A DNA stretch of 64,000 nt from Hyphomicrobium sp. (lineage in GTDB: Bacteria > Pseudomonadota > Alphaproteobacteria > Rhizobiales > Hyphomicrobiaceae), in assembly GCA_016793445.1 (NCBI GenBank), contig JAEUME010000012.1:2607-66606 (forward strand), read 5' to 3'. Under the pieces are notes generated by a model. That model had not been told where the DNA came from and did not search any database. It worked only from the letters and a program-made list of their open reading frames with translations. Made by a program: the position numbers and the translations under genes. Every line of letters starts with the position of its first letter. Within the stretch, counting starts at the first letter, position 1. Shown here in pieces: positions 33,895 through 45,776 of the stretch.

Positions 33895-36234
33895 TCAGCG
33901 GCCGGCTGTCTGCCGCGCCGGACTGGCCGCGCTCTTGACCATATGAGCTTCGACCGCGTGCTCAATCCCTGCAGCATCAATTCCGTTGATTCGATAAAGA
34001 TCGCCCACGCTGCCGGACTCTCCGAACTTTCGCACGCCAAGCGCCGTGGTGCGGTGGCCACCGGCGCCACCCAACCAGGCGAGCGCGGACGGGTGGCCGT
34101 CGATCACCGTGAACAGCAGCGCGCCCGTGGGAACGGCGTCGAGGAGGGCTTGCACCTGCGAGGGTGCGCGCGCCGCGTTTGACCAGCCTTCGTAAAGCCG
34201 GTCGTAGGAGGTGATGGCCAACAGCGCTGTTGGGATGCCGCGGGCGTTGAGCGCACGGGCCGCTTCGGCGGCTTCGGGCGCCACCGCACCCGTGTAAGCG
34301 ATCACGGCTTGCGTGTGCGTGTCGGGCGCCGCGCGCCAGTAGCCGCCTTCCACGATATCCTGCGTCAATTCAGGCGTCATGATGCGCGGGATTTGCGCGA
34401 TGGTGCGCGTGGACAACCGCAAATAAACCGAGCCGCCGTCCTGCTTTTGGATGTGCGCGAAACCCCAGGCCATAATGGCGGCGAGTTCGTCGGCATAGGC
34501 GGGTTCGAACGAGGAAAGCCCAGGCTGTCCCATTCCGATCAAGGGCGTCTTGAGCGACTGATGGGCGCCGCCTTCGGGTGCGAGCGTGATGCCGGCGGGC
34601 GTTCCCGCCAGCATGAAGCGCGCATCCTGGTAGCAGGCATAATTCAGCGCATCCAATCCGCGCTCGATGAACGGATCGTATACGGTGCCCACGGGAATGA
34701 GCCGCTCGCCGTTGATGTCATGTGACAGCCCGAGCGCGGCGAGCAGGATGAACAGGTTCATCTCGGCGATGCCGAGTTCGAAATGCTGACCCTTGGCGGA
34801 GAAATCCCAGGTGTAGCTCGACGGGATCTTCTCCTGGCGGAAGACGTCCACCAGTTCCTCGCGGGCATAAAGACCGCGCCGGTTCACCCAAGATCCCAGG
34901 TTGGTCGAAACCGTCACGTCGGGAGACGTCGTCACGAGGCGCGATGCGAGTTCGCTGTCGGCGCGTGCGAGCGCATTCAGGATCAATCCGAAAGCCTGCT
35001 GCGTGGACATGGACGACAGGGCCGGGCAGTCGAGCGTCGGCGGCGTGGGAATAACGCGGGCCTCGTACCGGCGCTTTCTTTCCTGGGCGAAAGGCACGGC
35101 GGCAAGGAACGCCTCGATCTCGCCGCGAGGGATACCGATCCCCTCCAAGGCGTCCCATTCGTGGCCGGCGCGCACGTTCTGCTTGGTGCGATAGGCCTCC
35201 ATCTGAGCCGGCGACATGAGACCAGCGTGGTTGTCCTTATGACCCTGAAAGGGAAGCCCGATCCCTTTGATGGTGTAGGCAATGAAGCAGGTTGGCCGGT
35301 CATGATCGACGGCGTGGAACGCCTCCAGCAGGCTGGCCATGTCGTGCCCGCCGAGGTTCGACATCAGCGCGATCAGTTCATCGTCCGAGCGTTTGGCGAT
35401 CAGGGCGCGCGCGGGGCTATTGTCCGGCAACTCGCTCAGAAGGCGTTTGCGGAAGGCGGCTCCTCCCTGGAAGCACAGCGCGGCATAGAGCTGATTTGGA
35501 CAAGCCTCGATCCAGCTCTTCAGGTCCTCTCCGCCCGGCTCGGCGAAGGCCGCCTGCAGGAGCTTGCCGAACTTGATGACAACCACGTCCCAGCCGTAGT
35601 TGGAAAACATGGTCTCGAACTTCTTGTAGAGATCCTCGTGCACGACGGCATCGAGGCTCTGGCGGTTGTAGTCGATGATCCACCATGTATTGCGAAGCCC
35701 TTGCTTCCAACCCTCGATCAGCGCTTCGTGGATGTTGCCTTCGTCAAGTTCCGCATCGCCCACGATGGAGATCATGCGCCCTTCAGGGCGGTCGCGCATC
35801 AGTCCGTGCGACTTCACGTAATCCTGCACCAGCGAGGCAAACAGCGTCTGCGCCACGCCCAGCCCCACAGACCCCGTCGAGAAGTCCACGTCGTCGGTGT
35901 CTTTGGTGCGCGACGGATAGGATTGCGCCCCCTTGATCGCGCGGAAGTTCTCGATCTTCTCCCGCGTCTGCCGGCCAAGCAGATACTGGATCGCATGAAA
36001 GGCGGGGGAGGCGTGCGGTTTCACGGCGACGCGGTCTTGCGGGCGCAGCACATCGAAGTAGAGCGCGCACAGGATGGTCGCGGAGGAAGCGGACGACGCC
36101 TGATGACCGCCAACCTTCAGGCCGTCGGTGCTCTTGCGAATATGGTTGGCGTTATGGATCACCCACGTCGACAACCACTGCACCTTCTGGTCCAGCGCGT
36201 TCAGGATCTCAAGCTTGCGATGTGCGATGGCCAT
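33895..36234 (-). CDS. TPP-dependent enzyme, homodimeric pyruvate-dehydrogenase-E1 (AceE)-like / transketolase superfamily (779 aa)
   Basis: GGHQASSASSATILCALYF, HASPAFHAIQYLLG and STGSVGLG resemble the AceE N-terminal TPP module. The protein is shorter than canonical AceE. Confidence 0.7.
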   Translation of the reverse strand: MAIAHRKLEILNALDQKVQWLSTWVIHNANHIRKSTDGLKVGGHQASSASSATILCALYFDVLRPQDRVAVKPHASPAFHAIQYLLGRQTREKIENFRAIKGAQSYPSRTKDTDDVDFSTGSVGLGVAQTLFASLVQDYVKSHGLMRDRPEGRMISIVGDAELDEGNIHEALIEGWKQGLRNTWWIIDYNRQSLDAVVHEDLYKKFETMFSNYGWDVVVIKFGKLLQAAFAEPGGEDLKSWIEACPNQLYAALCFQGGAAFRKRLLSELPDNSPARALIAKRSDDELIALMSNLGGHDMASLLEAFHAVDHDRPTCFIAYTIKGIGLPFQGHKDNHAGLMSPAQMEAYRTKQNVRAGHEWDALEGIGIPRGEIEAFLAAVPFAQERKRRYEARVIPTPPTLDCPALSSMSTQQAFGLILNALARADSELASRLVTTSPDVTVSTNLGSWVNRRGLYAREELVDVFRQEKIPSSYTWDFSAKGQHFELGIAEMNLFILLAALGLSHDINGERLIPVGTVYDPFIERGLDALNYACYQDARFMLAGTPAGITLAPEGGAHQSLKTPLIGMGQPGLSSFEPAYADELAAIMAWGFAHIQKQDGGSVYLRLSTRTIAQIPRIMTPELTQDIVEGGYWRAAPDTHTQAVIAYTGAVAPEAAEAARALNARGIPTALLAITSYDRLYEGWSNAARAPSQVQALLDAVPTGALLFTVIDGHPSALAWLGGAGGHRTTALGVRKFGESGSVGDLYRINGIDAAGIEHAVEAHMVKSAASPARQTAGR

Positions 36235-36401
36235 GGCTCCGCTCCGCTATGATTGCGTGCGGCAACTGTAGACAAGCATGAGCGGCGAAGGATCCCAATT
36301 TCGGCCACGTTACCGGCGGTTATTGGAACAGCATCCCGCTATTTCGCTTGTATCTGGTTAGATGTTCTAATAGTCGCTTTGATGGGCGAGCCCGTGTTCC
36401 T

Positions 36402-36866
36402 TTATCGGGCATAGGGCAAGAACGGCTCGACGCTCTGCACGTCTTCTCCGTCAGGGGGTAGGTCTTTCAGGGGGCCGGCCTTTCTGGTCTGCGACCAAGC
36501 CGCACCGTCCTTGAAATTGATGCGCGTTTCGATCGCCTTGAGGCCGCCTGTCATGGCGGATAGGGTACGCACCAGTTCGATCCGGCCCGCCGACACGGCA
36601 TCGGCGATGGCGCCAAACAACGCGAAGTCGTCGATCTGCCGTTCCTCGAAGCGTTCACGCGCGAGCGCGAGGTCAAACTTCTGATCGTTCCGCAACACCA
36701 GTGTCATGGGACAAGTGCCGGGTGTCGTGGGCCGTGCGCTGATGCGCCAATAGCCAGTGCCTTCTTTGATGTCAAAGTGCGCCACGTCCTTCAGCCGGTA
36801 GGCCCAGTCTGATAAGGTGCGCGTAACCGCCGCCAGTTCGTTGCGGAAAACGTCATCGGGATACAT
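36402..36866 (-). CDS. Hypothetical protein (154 aa)
   Basis: Only the ORF is supported, with plausible composition. Confidence 0.5.
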   Translation of the reverse strand: MYPDDVFRNELAAVTRTLSDWAYRLKDVAHFDIKEGTGYWRISARPTTPGTCPMTLVLRNDQKFDLALARERFEERQIDDFALFGAIADAVSAGRIELVRTLSAMTGGLKAIETRINFKDGAAWSQTRKAGPLKDLPPDGEDVQSVEPFLPYAR

Positions 36867-36940
36867 TCAGCCCCCCACTGCACTGCTCGCGTATCGGCCG
36901 CATTGTCAAAAAATCTGTTCCCACGTTTTCGCAGGGCACT

Positions 36941-38569
<1,629 letters not shown>

Positions 38570-38572
38570 CGC

Positions 38573-39766
38573 TTATTTCGCCTGTCTGAAGGTTTTGCGC
38601 GGATCGAGCGCGTCGCGCACAGCTTCGCCCATGAAGATCGCCAGCGAAAGGATGATCGACACGGCAATGAAGCCCGAAATGCCGAGCCATGGCGCTTCCA
38701 CGTGCTTCTTGCCCTGAAGCAGAAGCTCGCCGAGCGACGGCGAGCCAATGGGCATGCCAAGGCCGAGAAAGTCGAGCGCGGTCAGCGCCGAGATCGCACC
38801 CGAAAGCCGGAAGGGCAGGAAGGTGAGGGTGGCGACCATGGCATTGGGCAGCAGATGCTTGAACATGATCTGCCAGTCGGTGAGCCCGAGCGCACGCGCC
38901 GCGCGCACGTATTCCAGATTGCGCCCGCGCAGGAACTCCGCGCGCACGACGCCGACGAGCGATGTCCACGAGAAGAGCAGCAGGATGCCGAGCAGCGTCC
39001 AGAATCCAGGGATGAACATCGACGAGATGATGAGCAGCACGAACAGCTCGGGAATTGAATTCCAAATCTCCAGGATGCGCTGGAATATGAGGTCCGTGCG
39101 TCCTCCGAAGTAGCCCTGCACGGCACCTGCAAAGACGCCGATGATGGACGACAGAATCGTCAGCAGCAGGCCGAACAGCACCGAAACCCTGAAGCCGTAG
39201 ATGACGCGGGCGAGCACATCACGGCCCTGGTCGTCGAGACCCAGCCAGTTGGTATTGCCCAAGGCCTTGAAGCGCGCGACCTGGTCGGCTGGCGCCTCGC
39301 ACAGCGGCATTGACGTGGACCATGGGGGCGGCGCGGGATAGCCCAGGCACGTGCCGTTGTCCTTCATGCGGCCCGGGAAGTCGCGGTTGATCGTATCATA
39401 GGAGTAGCGGATCGGTGGCCAGACCATCCAGCCGTTGGCGTTGATCTCCTCGATGATGTGCGGTGCCTTGTAGTCCGTGACCGCCAGGAAGCCGCCGAAT
39501 TTCTCTTCCGGGTAATCGACGAGAACGGGAAAGAGGATCTCGCCCTTGTAGCTGACGAGCAGCGGCCGGTCGTTGGCGATGAACTCGGCAAACAGCGTCA
39601 CGAAGAACAGCGTCGCGAAGATCAGGAAGCTGCGATAGCCGGCCTTATGCGCCTTGAAGCGTTCCAGGCGCCTGCGGTTGACCGGCGACAGCGAGAACCA
39701 CGAGCGCTTGGGCTTGGCGGGGGGCGGTTCGGCGATGTCGATGGTTTCGGAGATCTTCTTGTCCAT
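38573..39766 (-). CDS. yejE: ABC transporter permease (YejE-type)
   Basis: It is a multi-TM protein with a BPD-transport EAA-like loop (RAARALGL), located in the yej-type operon. Confidence 0.75.
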   Translation of the reverse strand: MDKKISETIDIAEPPPAKPKRSWFSLSPVNRRRLERFKAHKAGYRSFLIFATLFFVTLFAEFIANDRPLLVSYKGEILFPVLVDYPEEKFGGFLAVTDYKAPHIIEEINANGWMVWPPIRYSYDTINRDFPGRMKDNGTCLGYPAPPPWSTSMPLCEAPADQVARFKALGNTNWLGLDDQGRDVLARVIYGFRVSVLFGLLLTILSSIIGVFAGAVQGYFGGRTDLIFQRILEIWNSIPELFVLLIISSMFIPGFWTLLGILLLFSWTSLVGVVRAEFLRGRNLEYVRAARALGLTDWQIMFKHLLPNAMVATLTFLPFRLSGAISALTALDFLGLGMPIGSPSLGELLLQGKKHVEAPWLGISGFIAVSIILSLAIFMGEAVRDALDPRKTFRQAK

Positions 39767-39768
39767 GC

Positions 39769-40893
39769 TCAGACCTCGCGCGTCTCAAAGTCGATGCGCG
39801 GATCGACAAGTGTATAGAGGAAATCCGAGAGGATGCCGACCACGAGACCCACCAGCGAGAAGATGTAAAGGGAGGCAAACACCACCGGATAGTCGCGTTT
39901 TTCGATGCTTTCCATGGACAGCAGTCCAAGCCCGTCGAGCGAGAAAATCGTCTCGATCAGAAGCGATCCTGAGAAGAACGCACTGATGAAGGCTGCAGGG
40001 AAGCCGGCGATGATGAGCAGCATGGCATTGCGGAAGACATGGCCGTAGAGCACCTGCGGTTCGCTCAAGCCCTTGGCGCGCGCGGCAACCACGTACTGCT
40101 TGCGGATCTCGTCCAGGAAGGAATTCTTGGTCAGGAACGTCATGGTCGTGAACGAGCCGATGGCCATGGCGATCATCGGCAGAGTCAGGTGCCAGAAGTA
40201 GTCCCTGATCTTTCCGAACAACGAAAGGTCGTCCCAGTTGTCGGAAAACAAACCACGCGAGGGAAACCACTGGAAGAATGACGAACCCGCGAACAAAATG
40301 AGCAGCAGCACTGCGAACAGGAAGCCTGGAATGGCGTATCCGACCACCAGCACGCCACTGGTCCATGTATCGAAGCGGGTTCCGTCGTTGACGGCCTTTC
40401 GAATGCCAAGCGGAATGGAAATCAGATAGGTGAGCAGAGTCATCCAGAGCCCGAGCGAGATGGAGACGGGCAACTTCTCCTTGATCAGGTCCAAGACCGG
40501 AATATCGCGGAAGTAGCTCTTGCCGAAATCGAAGGTGAGATAGTTCTTCATCATCAGGAAGAACCGCTCATGCGCCGGTTTGTCGAAGCCGAACTGCTTT
40601 TCAAGACTCTTGATGAAGGCGGGGTCCAGGCCCTGCGCGCCACGGTATTTCGAGGTCACGGCATCCGCCGCGCCCTGACCCAGAGCGCCTGCCTGCCCGG
40701 CGCCTGCGCCAAGGCCGTCTCCCGTGCCGCCGCCCATGCGTCCCGCGATGGAGGAGGAATGCCCCATCAATTGCGCGATCATGCGCTCTACGGGCCCGCC
40801 CGGTGCGAACTGGATGATGACGAACGCAAACAGCATGATCCCCAAGAGAGTGGGAAAGATCAGCAGAAAGCGTTTGAGCAGATAGGTGGCCAT
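39769..40893 (-). CDS. yejB: ABC transporter permease (YejB-type)
   Basis: The N-terminus MATYLLKRFLLIFPTLLGI and the EAA loop (VAARAKGLSE) are present. Confidence 0.75.
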   Translation of the reverse strand: MATYLLKRFLLIFPTLLGIMLFAFVIIQFAPGGPVERMIAQLMGHSSSIAGRMGGGTGDGLGAGAGQAGALGQGAADAVTSKYRGAQGLDPAFIKSLEKQFGFDKPAHERFFLMMKNYLTFDFGKSYFRDIPVLDLIKEKLPVSISLGLWMTLLTYLISIPLGIRKAVNDGTRFDTWTSGVLVVGYAIPGFLFAVLLLILFAGSSFFQWFPSRGLFSDNWDDLSLFGKIRDYFWHLTLPMIAMAIGSFTTMTFLTKNSFLDEIRKQYVVAARAKGLSEPQVLYGHVFRNAMLLIIAGFPAAFISAFFSGSLLIETIFSLDGLGLLSMESIEKRDYPVVFASLYIFSLVGLVVGILSDFLYTLVDPRIDFETREV

Positions 40894-40917
40894 TGGCGCG
40901 CTACTATTCCCCTTGCT

Positions 40918-42810
40918 CTAGTTCTTCTCGCCGCCCGGCGCGGGCTTGCTGGCCAGTGTCTCAGCCTTGGCCTTATCATACCACCACGTGTCGAGCACGC
41001 CGGGATCGTACTTTGCGCTTATCGCGGGTCGCGCATACTTATTCCAGTAGGCGACGTTATGAGAGGCTTTGTACCAGTGTGGCACCCAATAATGGGATGC
41101 CCGCAGAACACGGTCGATGGCTCGCGTCGCAGTGACAAGCTCCTCGCGCGAACCTGCGCCCGTGACCTTGTCGATGAGCGCGTCGATGACGGGATCGGCG
41201 ATGCCTGACAGGTTCTGGGAGCCGTCCATGGTGGCGGCCTGTGAGCCCCAGTAGCCCTTCATTTCCACGCCGGGCGTCAGCCGCAAGGCATAGCGCTGCA
41301 CGGTGATGTCGAAATCGAACGACTTCATGCGCCGTTCGTACTGGGCGGGATCCACGCGCCGCGCTGTGGCGTTCACGCCGATCTTACGCAGGTTTTCGAT
41401 GTAGGGCAGAATGATGCGCTCGAAGGCGTCTTCAAAGAAGAGAAACTCCACATCCAGCGTTGCGCCCTTGGCGTCATGCAGCAGCCGGTCCGGGCCAATC
41501 GTCCAGCCGGCGGCCTTGAGGAGTTCGAACGCCGTCTTCAGGTTGTCGCGGTTATTGCCGCTGCCGTCGGTCACGGGCGAGGTATACACCTCGCCGAATA
41601 CCGTTTCGGGGACTTTGTCCTTGTAGGGCTCCAGCAATGCCAGTTCTTGCGGGGATGGGTTGCCCGAGGCCTTCATGTCCGAGTTTTCAAAGAAACTCTG
41701 CGTGCGCGTATAAAGATTGTAGAACAGCTTCTTGTTGGACCATTCGAAGTCGAACACCTGATCGAGCGCCTTGCGCACCCGCACGTCCTTGAACTTGTCG
41801 CGCCGCGTGTTGAGGAAGAAGCCCTGGGCGCCGGAGGGATTTTCGTCGGGCAGGGTGTCGCGGATCAGCCGGCCATCCGCGACGGCCGGAACGTTGTAGC
41901 CCGTCGCCCAACTGACAGAGGTGAATTCCTCGCGGTAGTCGAGGCCACCCGACTTGATTGACTCCAGCTCGGCCGTGCGGTCACGGAAGGAGTCGAAGCG
42001 GATTTCATCAAAATTATTGCGCCCGCGGTTGACGGGCAGATCCTTGGCCCAATAGTCGTCCCGCCGCTTGTAGGTGACGTACGTGCCGGCCTTGAAGTTC
42101 GAGATCAGATAAGGGCCCGAGCCCAGAGGCGGCTCCAGGCTCGTTTCATCGAAAGGCTTTTTGTCGTAGTAGGCTTTGGACAGTACGGGCAGGCCCGCGA
42201 GGATCACAGGCAGGTCGCGGACCAGCGCGCCCTGGAACGTGTAGATCACGGTATGATCGTCGGGCGCTTCCGCTTTAACGACCTCGCGCAGCGCCAAACC
42301 GATGGCAGGCGCGCCCTTCTCCTTCAGGAGTGTGAATGAGTTGACGACGTCGGCAGCGGTGACAGGGGTCCCGTCCGAGAACTTCGCCTCCTTGCGCAGC
42401 TTGAAGGTCACGGACATGCCGTCTGCCGCAACGTCCGCGGTTTCTGCAACCAGGCCGTACATGGCATCGGGCTCGTCTTGCGCGCGCGCCATGAGGGTGT
42501 CGAACAGCAAATCCGTTCCCATAGCCGGGTCGCCTTTGATGATGAAGGCGTTGAACGTGTCATAGGTCGGTGGCCCGTTGGTGACGAACCGCCCGCCCTT
42601 GGGCGCGTCGGGATTGACGTAGTCGAAATGCGCAAAGCCTGCCGGATACTTCAGCTCGCCGAACACCGACAATCCATGAAGAGGCTTGGCAACCGCGTCC
42701 GCGAGCGGCAGGACAGCGCCCACTGCCGCCGCCAGTACGGCCCCCATCAGTCCGCGCCGCATGCTCGCCCGTGCGGCTCTCGTGTGAGTCGTATGCATCT
42801 GGTGCGGCAT
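40918..42810 (-). CDS. yejA: Family-5 extracellular solute-binding protein (YejA-type), copy 1
   Basis: It is about 600 aa with a signal peptide and is paralogous to 42919..44847. The start is uncertain among the in-frame ATGs near 42810..42762. Confidence 0.75.
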   Translation of the reverse strand: MPHQMHTTHTRAARASMRRGLMGAVLAAAVGAVLPLADAVAKPLHGLSVFGELKYPAGFAHFDYVNPDAPKGGRFVTNGPPTYDTFNAFIIKGDPAMGTDLLFDTLMARAQDEPDAMYGLVAETADVAADGMSVTFKLRKEAKFSDGTPVTAADVVNSFTLLKEKGAPAIGLALREVVKAEAPDDHTVIYTFQGALVRDLPVILAGLPVLSKAYYDKKPFDETSLEPPLGSGPYLISNFKAGTYVTYKRRDDYWAKDLPVNRGRNNFDEIRFDSFRDRTAELESIKSGGLDYREEFTSVSWATGYNVPAVADGRLIRDTLPDENPSGAQGFFLNTRRDKFKDVRVRKALDQVFDFEWSNKKLFYNLYTRTQSFFENSDMKASGNPSPQELALLEPYKDKVPETVFGEVYTSPVTDGSGNNRDNLKTAFELLKAAGWTIGPDRLLHDAKGATLDVEFLFFEDAFERIILPYIENLRKIGVNATARRVDPAQYERRMKSFDFDITVQRYALRLTPGVEMKGYWGSQAATMDGSQNLSGIADPVIDALIDKVTGAGSREELVTATRAIDRVLRASHYWVPHWYKASHNVAYWNKYARPAISAKYDPGVLDTWWYDKAKAETLASKPAPGGEKN

Positions 42811-42816
42811 CCTCGT

Positions 42817-42925
42817 GCTAGAGTGCTTCCGGAAAAGTGGGAACCGGTTTTCCGATAAGAAGCACGATAAAACAAAAGCCTAGAGCCGTTCCGCGATTCC
42901 ATCAAAACCGGAACGGCTCTAGCGT
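42817..42925. repeat. 109-bp structured dispersed repeat, copy 2 (between the two binding-protein genes)
   Basis: It is identical to 14307..14415 at 106/109 positions. It overlaps the TAG stop (42919..42921) of the upstream binding-protein gene. Confidence 0.85.
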
Positions 42926-44847
42926 CCGCGCGCCGCCTGCAGCGCCTGATCCTTGGCGCTATCCAGCCACCACGTGAGGACAGGCGTCGCGGGGGATTGA
43001 GAGGGCAACTTCTCGGGACGGCCGAATTTGTCCCAGTTCGCGATGCGGTCCACGTTCAGATACCATTGCGGCACCATGTAGTAGTTCCACATGAGCACGC
43101 GGTCGAGCGCGCGGGTCGCGGCGACGAGTTCGTCGCGATCCTTGGCGGCGATGATGCGCTCGACGATTTTGTCGATTGCCGGGTTCTTGATGCCGCCGAC
43201 GTTGGCGCTGCCTTCCCGGTCCGCGGCAGCCGAACCGAAGAAGTAGCGCTGCTCGTTGCCTGGCGAGTGCGACTGGCCGATGCTGTGCACGACGATGTCG
43301 AAGTCGAAGCTCTTCACCCGCCGCTCGTACTGCGAGCTGTCGACCATGCGCGCGGTTGCATTCACGCCGATCTTCTTGAGGTTCTCGATGTAGGGGAGCA
43401 CGACTCTCTCGAAGTCGGGCTGCACGAGAAGGAATTCCACATCCAGCGTCTGACCGGCCGCGTTGGTCAGCTTGCCGCCCTTGAGCGTCCAGCCCGCGGC
43501 GGCCAGCAGCTTCACGGCTTCGCCGAGCTTCTTATGCAGGTCGGATACGGAACTATAGACCGGGTTCTTGTATTCCGTCGTGAAGACTTCAGGCGATACC
43601 TCGCTCTTCACCTCGTTCAGAATCTCAAGCTCCTTGCCCTGGGGAAGGCCTTTGGCGGCAAGCTCGGAGTTGGCGAAGTAGCTGTCGAGACGCGTATAGG
43701 CGCCGTAGAACAGCTTGCGGTTCATCTCCTCGAAATCCAAGGCGTAGGTGAAGGCCTGGCGCACCCGGGGATCCTGGAACTTGTCGCGACGCAGATTGAA
43801 CGCGAAGCCTTGCATGTCCGCAACACGGCCTTCCGGCAGCATCTCCTGTTTGACGAGGCCCTTCTTCTTGGCATCGAAATCGTACTGCGTTGCCCATGCG
43901 GAGGCGGAGTTTTCAGACCAGGTGTCGATCAAGCCGGATTTGAAGGCTTCGAAAGCGGGGACGCGGTCACGGAAGTACTCGTAGCGGATCTCATCGAAGT
44001 TCCACAGGCCCTTGGCAACTGGCAAATCCTTCGCCCAGTAATCGGGATCGCGCGCGTAGATGACGTTACGTCCAGCCTCGAACGACTTGATCTTGTAGGG
44101 GCCGCTGCCGACCGGCACTTCGAGCGAGGACTTGGTGATGTCGCGCGTTTTGCCCGAGGCGTCGCTGCCCTTCCAGTAGTGCTCGGGTAGAACGTCCAAT
44201 TGGCTGACGATGAGCGGCAGTTCACGGTTGCCTTTCATATCGAAGGAGAACTTTACCTCGTGCTCTCCGGTTTTCTCTGCCTTCACGACGTTCTTGTAGT
44301 AGAGCGCAAACTGCGGATTGGCTGCCTTGAGCGCGTCGAGCGAGAAGATTACGTCCTCGGGCCGTATGGGTTTGCCATCGTGGAAGCGCGCCTCGGGACG
44401 CAGCTTGAATGTGACGGACGAAAAGTCCTCCGGATAGGAAAGGCATTCGGCGACCAGACCGTATTCCGCCGAGGGCTCGTCAGGGCTGCGGAAGAACAGG
44501 CTGTCGTAGAGAAGGGTCAGTCCGGCTGCCCCGGACCCCTGGATTGTGAAGTTGTTGAAGCTGTCATACCCGCCCATGGACCACTGCCGCAGGGTGCCGC
44601 CCTTGGGCGCGCCGGGATTGACCCAATCGAAATTCTTGTAATCCGCGGGCATCTGCGGCGCTCCCAGCAGCGAGACGCCGTGGCGGCATTGGCCGGCGGA
44701 CGCATCTGAGGCGGGCGTAGCGGCGGCCGCAGGTTGTCCGCTTTCGGGGTTGGGTGCGTCCTGAGCGTGGGCGGAAGGAAACGCGATTGCGAGTTGCGAC
44801 ATCAGCCAGAGTGCAGCGGCGCCGTCGAATAGGGGCTTCAAGTGCAT
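42919..44847 (-). CDS. Family-5 extracellular solute-binding protein (YejA-type), copy 2
   Basis: The signal peptide MHLKPLFDGAAALWLMSQLAIAFPSAHA follows the ATG at 44847. Blocks shared with copy 1 include IENLKKIGVNATAR, YERR.KSFDFDI and RALDRVL. Confidence 0.75.
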   Translation of the reverse strand: MHLKPLFDGAAALWLMSQLAIAFPSAHAQDAPNPESGQPAAAATPASDASAGQCRHGVSLLGAPQMPADYKNFDWVNPGAPKGGTLRQWSMGGYDSFNNFTIQGSGAAGLTLLYDSLFFRSPDEPSAEYGLVAECLSYPEDFSSVTFKLRPEARFHDGKPIRPEDVIFSLDALKAANPQFALYYKNVVKAEKTGEHEVKFSFDMKGNRELPLIVSQLDVLPEHYWKGSDASGKTRDITKSSLEVPVGSGPYKIKSFEAGRNVIYARDPDYWAKDLPVAKGLWNFDEIRYEYFRDRVPAFEAFKSGLIDTWSENSASAWATQYDFDAKKKGLVKQEMLPEGRVADMQGFAFNLRRDKFQDPRVRQAFTYALDFEEMNRKLFYGAYTRLDSYFANSELAAKGLPQGKELEILNEVKSEVSPEVFTTEYKNPVYSSVSDLHKKLGEAVKLLAAAGWTLKGGKLTNAAGQTLDVEFLLVQPDFERVVLPYIENLKKIGVNATARMVDSSQYERRVKSFDFDIVVHSIGQSHSPGNEQRYFFGSAAADREGSANVGGIKNPAIDKIVERIIAAKDRDELVAATRALDRVLMWNYYMVPQWYLNVDRIANWDKFGRPEKLPSQSPATPVLTWWLDSAKDQALQAARGR

Positions 44848-44979
44848 GTCCGGTGTCAATCCTCCGATACCCTCGATCAATCCGTTCCTGAGCCCGTGTC
44901 TTGCCGTGTCACGCAAGCGTAGCATTTGCGCGGGATGCGGGCATAACTCGGGCGCGCCCCGGCAACATGCAGTCCTTGA

Positions 44980-45012
44980 ACGAAAACGACCCTGCCGAGG
45001 TCCGGCAGGGTC
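44980..45012 (-). terminator. Rho-independent terminator after the cytochrome c gene
   Basis: A 10-bp stem GACCCTGCCG/CGGCAGGGTC spans 44988..45012. On the minus strand it is followed by GTTTTCGTT. Confidence 0.6.
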
Positions 45013-45047
45013 GCAGGTTTTCCAGGCTGTCGCGAGTTAACTCGCTG

Positions 45048-45614
45048 TCATTTTGGCAACTCGGCCGGGGTATCTGATTGTCCCGCCAAATAGGCAATTA
45101 CATCAGCCGCATCGGTGGCGCCCGGCAGGCCATTGAAGACCATCTTGGTGCCCGGAATGAAGCCCTTCGGATTGCTGATGAATGCGGCGAGATCCTCGAA
45201 CGTCCAATTGCCGCCTTTTTCCTTCATGGCGGGCGAGTATTCGAACCCCTCGAAGCTCGCCTTGGGTCGGTTGACCACACCCCACAGGTTGGGGCCGACG
45301 GCCTTGGGCTTGCCCTTTTCGATATTGTGGCAGGCCTTGCACTTGGAAAACAGTGCCTTGCCGTTATCGGCCGAGGCCTTGGAGAGATCGGCGAGTACCG
45401 CGGCAGGACCGGAGGCCGCATCGGCTGCGGGCGCCGCGCCTTCGGCCGGCTTGGCCGCGCCCCCGCCGGCGTCTGCTTGGGCGGCGGGCAGCGTGAAGCC
45501 CGGCGTGGCCGGCGGGCCTGGCATCCGCGCCTCGATCAGGACCCTTGTGCCAAATATCAAAAGGAGGGCCGACAGCACGGCGCCCGCGATCTTGGTGAAT
45601 TCAAAAGAGTCCAT
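45048..45614 (-). CDS. Membrane-anchored c-type cytochrome
   Basis: An N-terminal TM and an Ala/Pro linker are followed by the CKACHN haem-binding motif and a distal Met region (GTKMVF). Confidence 0.8.
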   Translation of the reverse strand: MDSFEFTKIAGAVLSALLLIFGTRVLIEARMPGPPATPGFTLPAAQADAGGGAAKPAEGAAPAADAASGPAAVLADLSKASADNGKALFSKCKACHNIEKGKPKAVGPNLWGVVNRPKASFEGFEYSPAMKEKGGNWTFEDLAAFISNPKGFIPGTKMVFNGLPGATDAADVIAYLAGQSDTPAELPK

Positions 45615-45776
45615 GAACCCCGATCCTCGATTTTTTCTTTAGATTGGCCGCAACGCTCTGGGCATAGCCCGCCGCCAGCGCTAAGGGAACCTCCCTCGCT
45701 CTTGCAATAGACGAAAAGTGTGGTCTAGAGCCTAGCCGCGAGACCAATTGTCACGAAGGGGCCGAAAGATCGCTGC

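Noticed and set aside
34783-36252. 489-aa plus-strand ORF opposite the AceE-like gene
   Set aside because: It is a shadow frame. The minus-strand product has the TPP-enzyme signatures.
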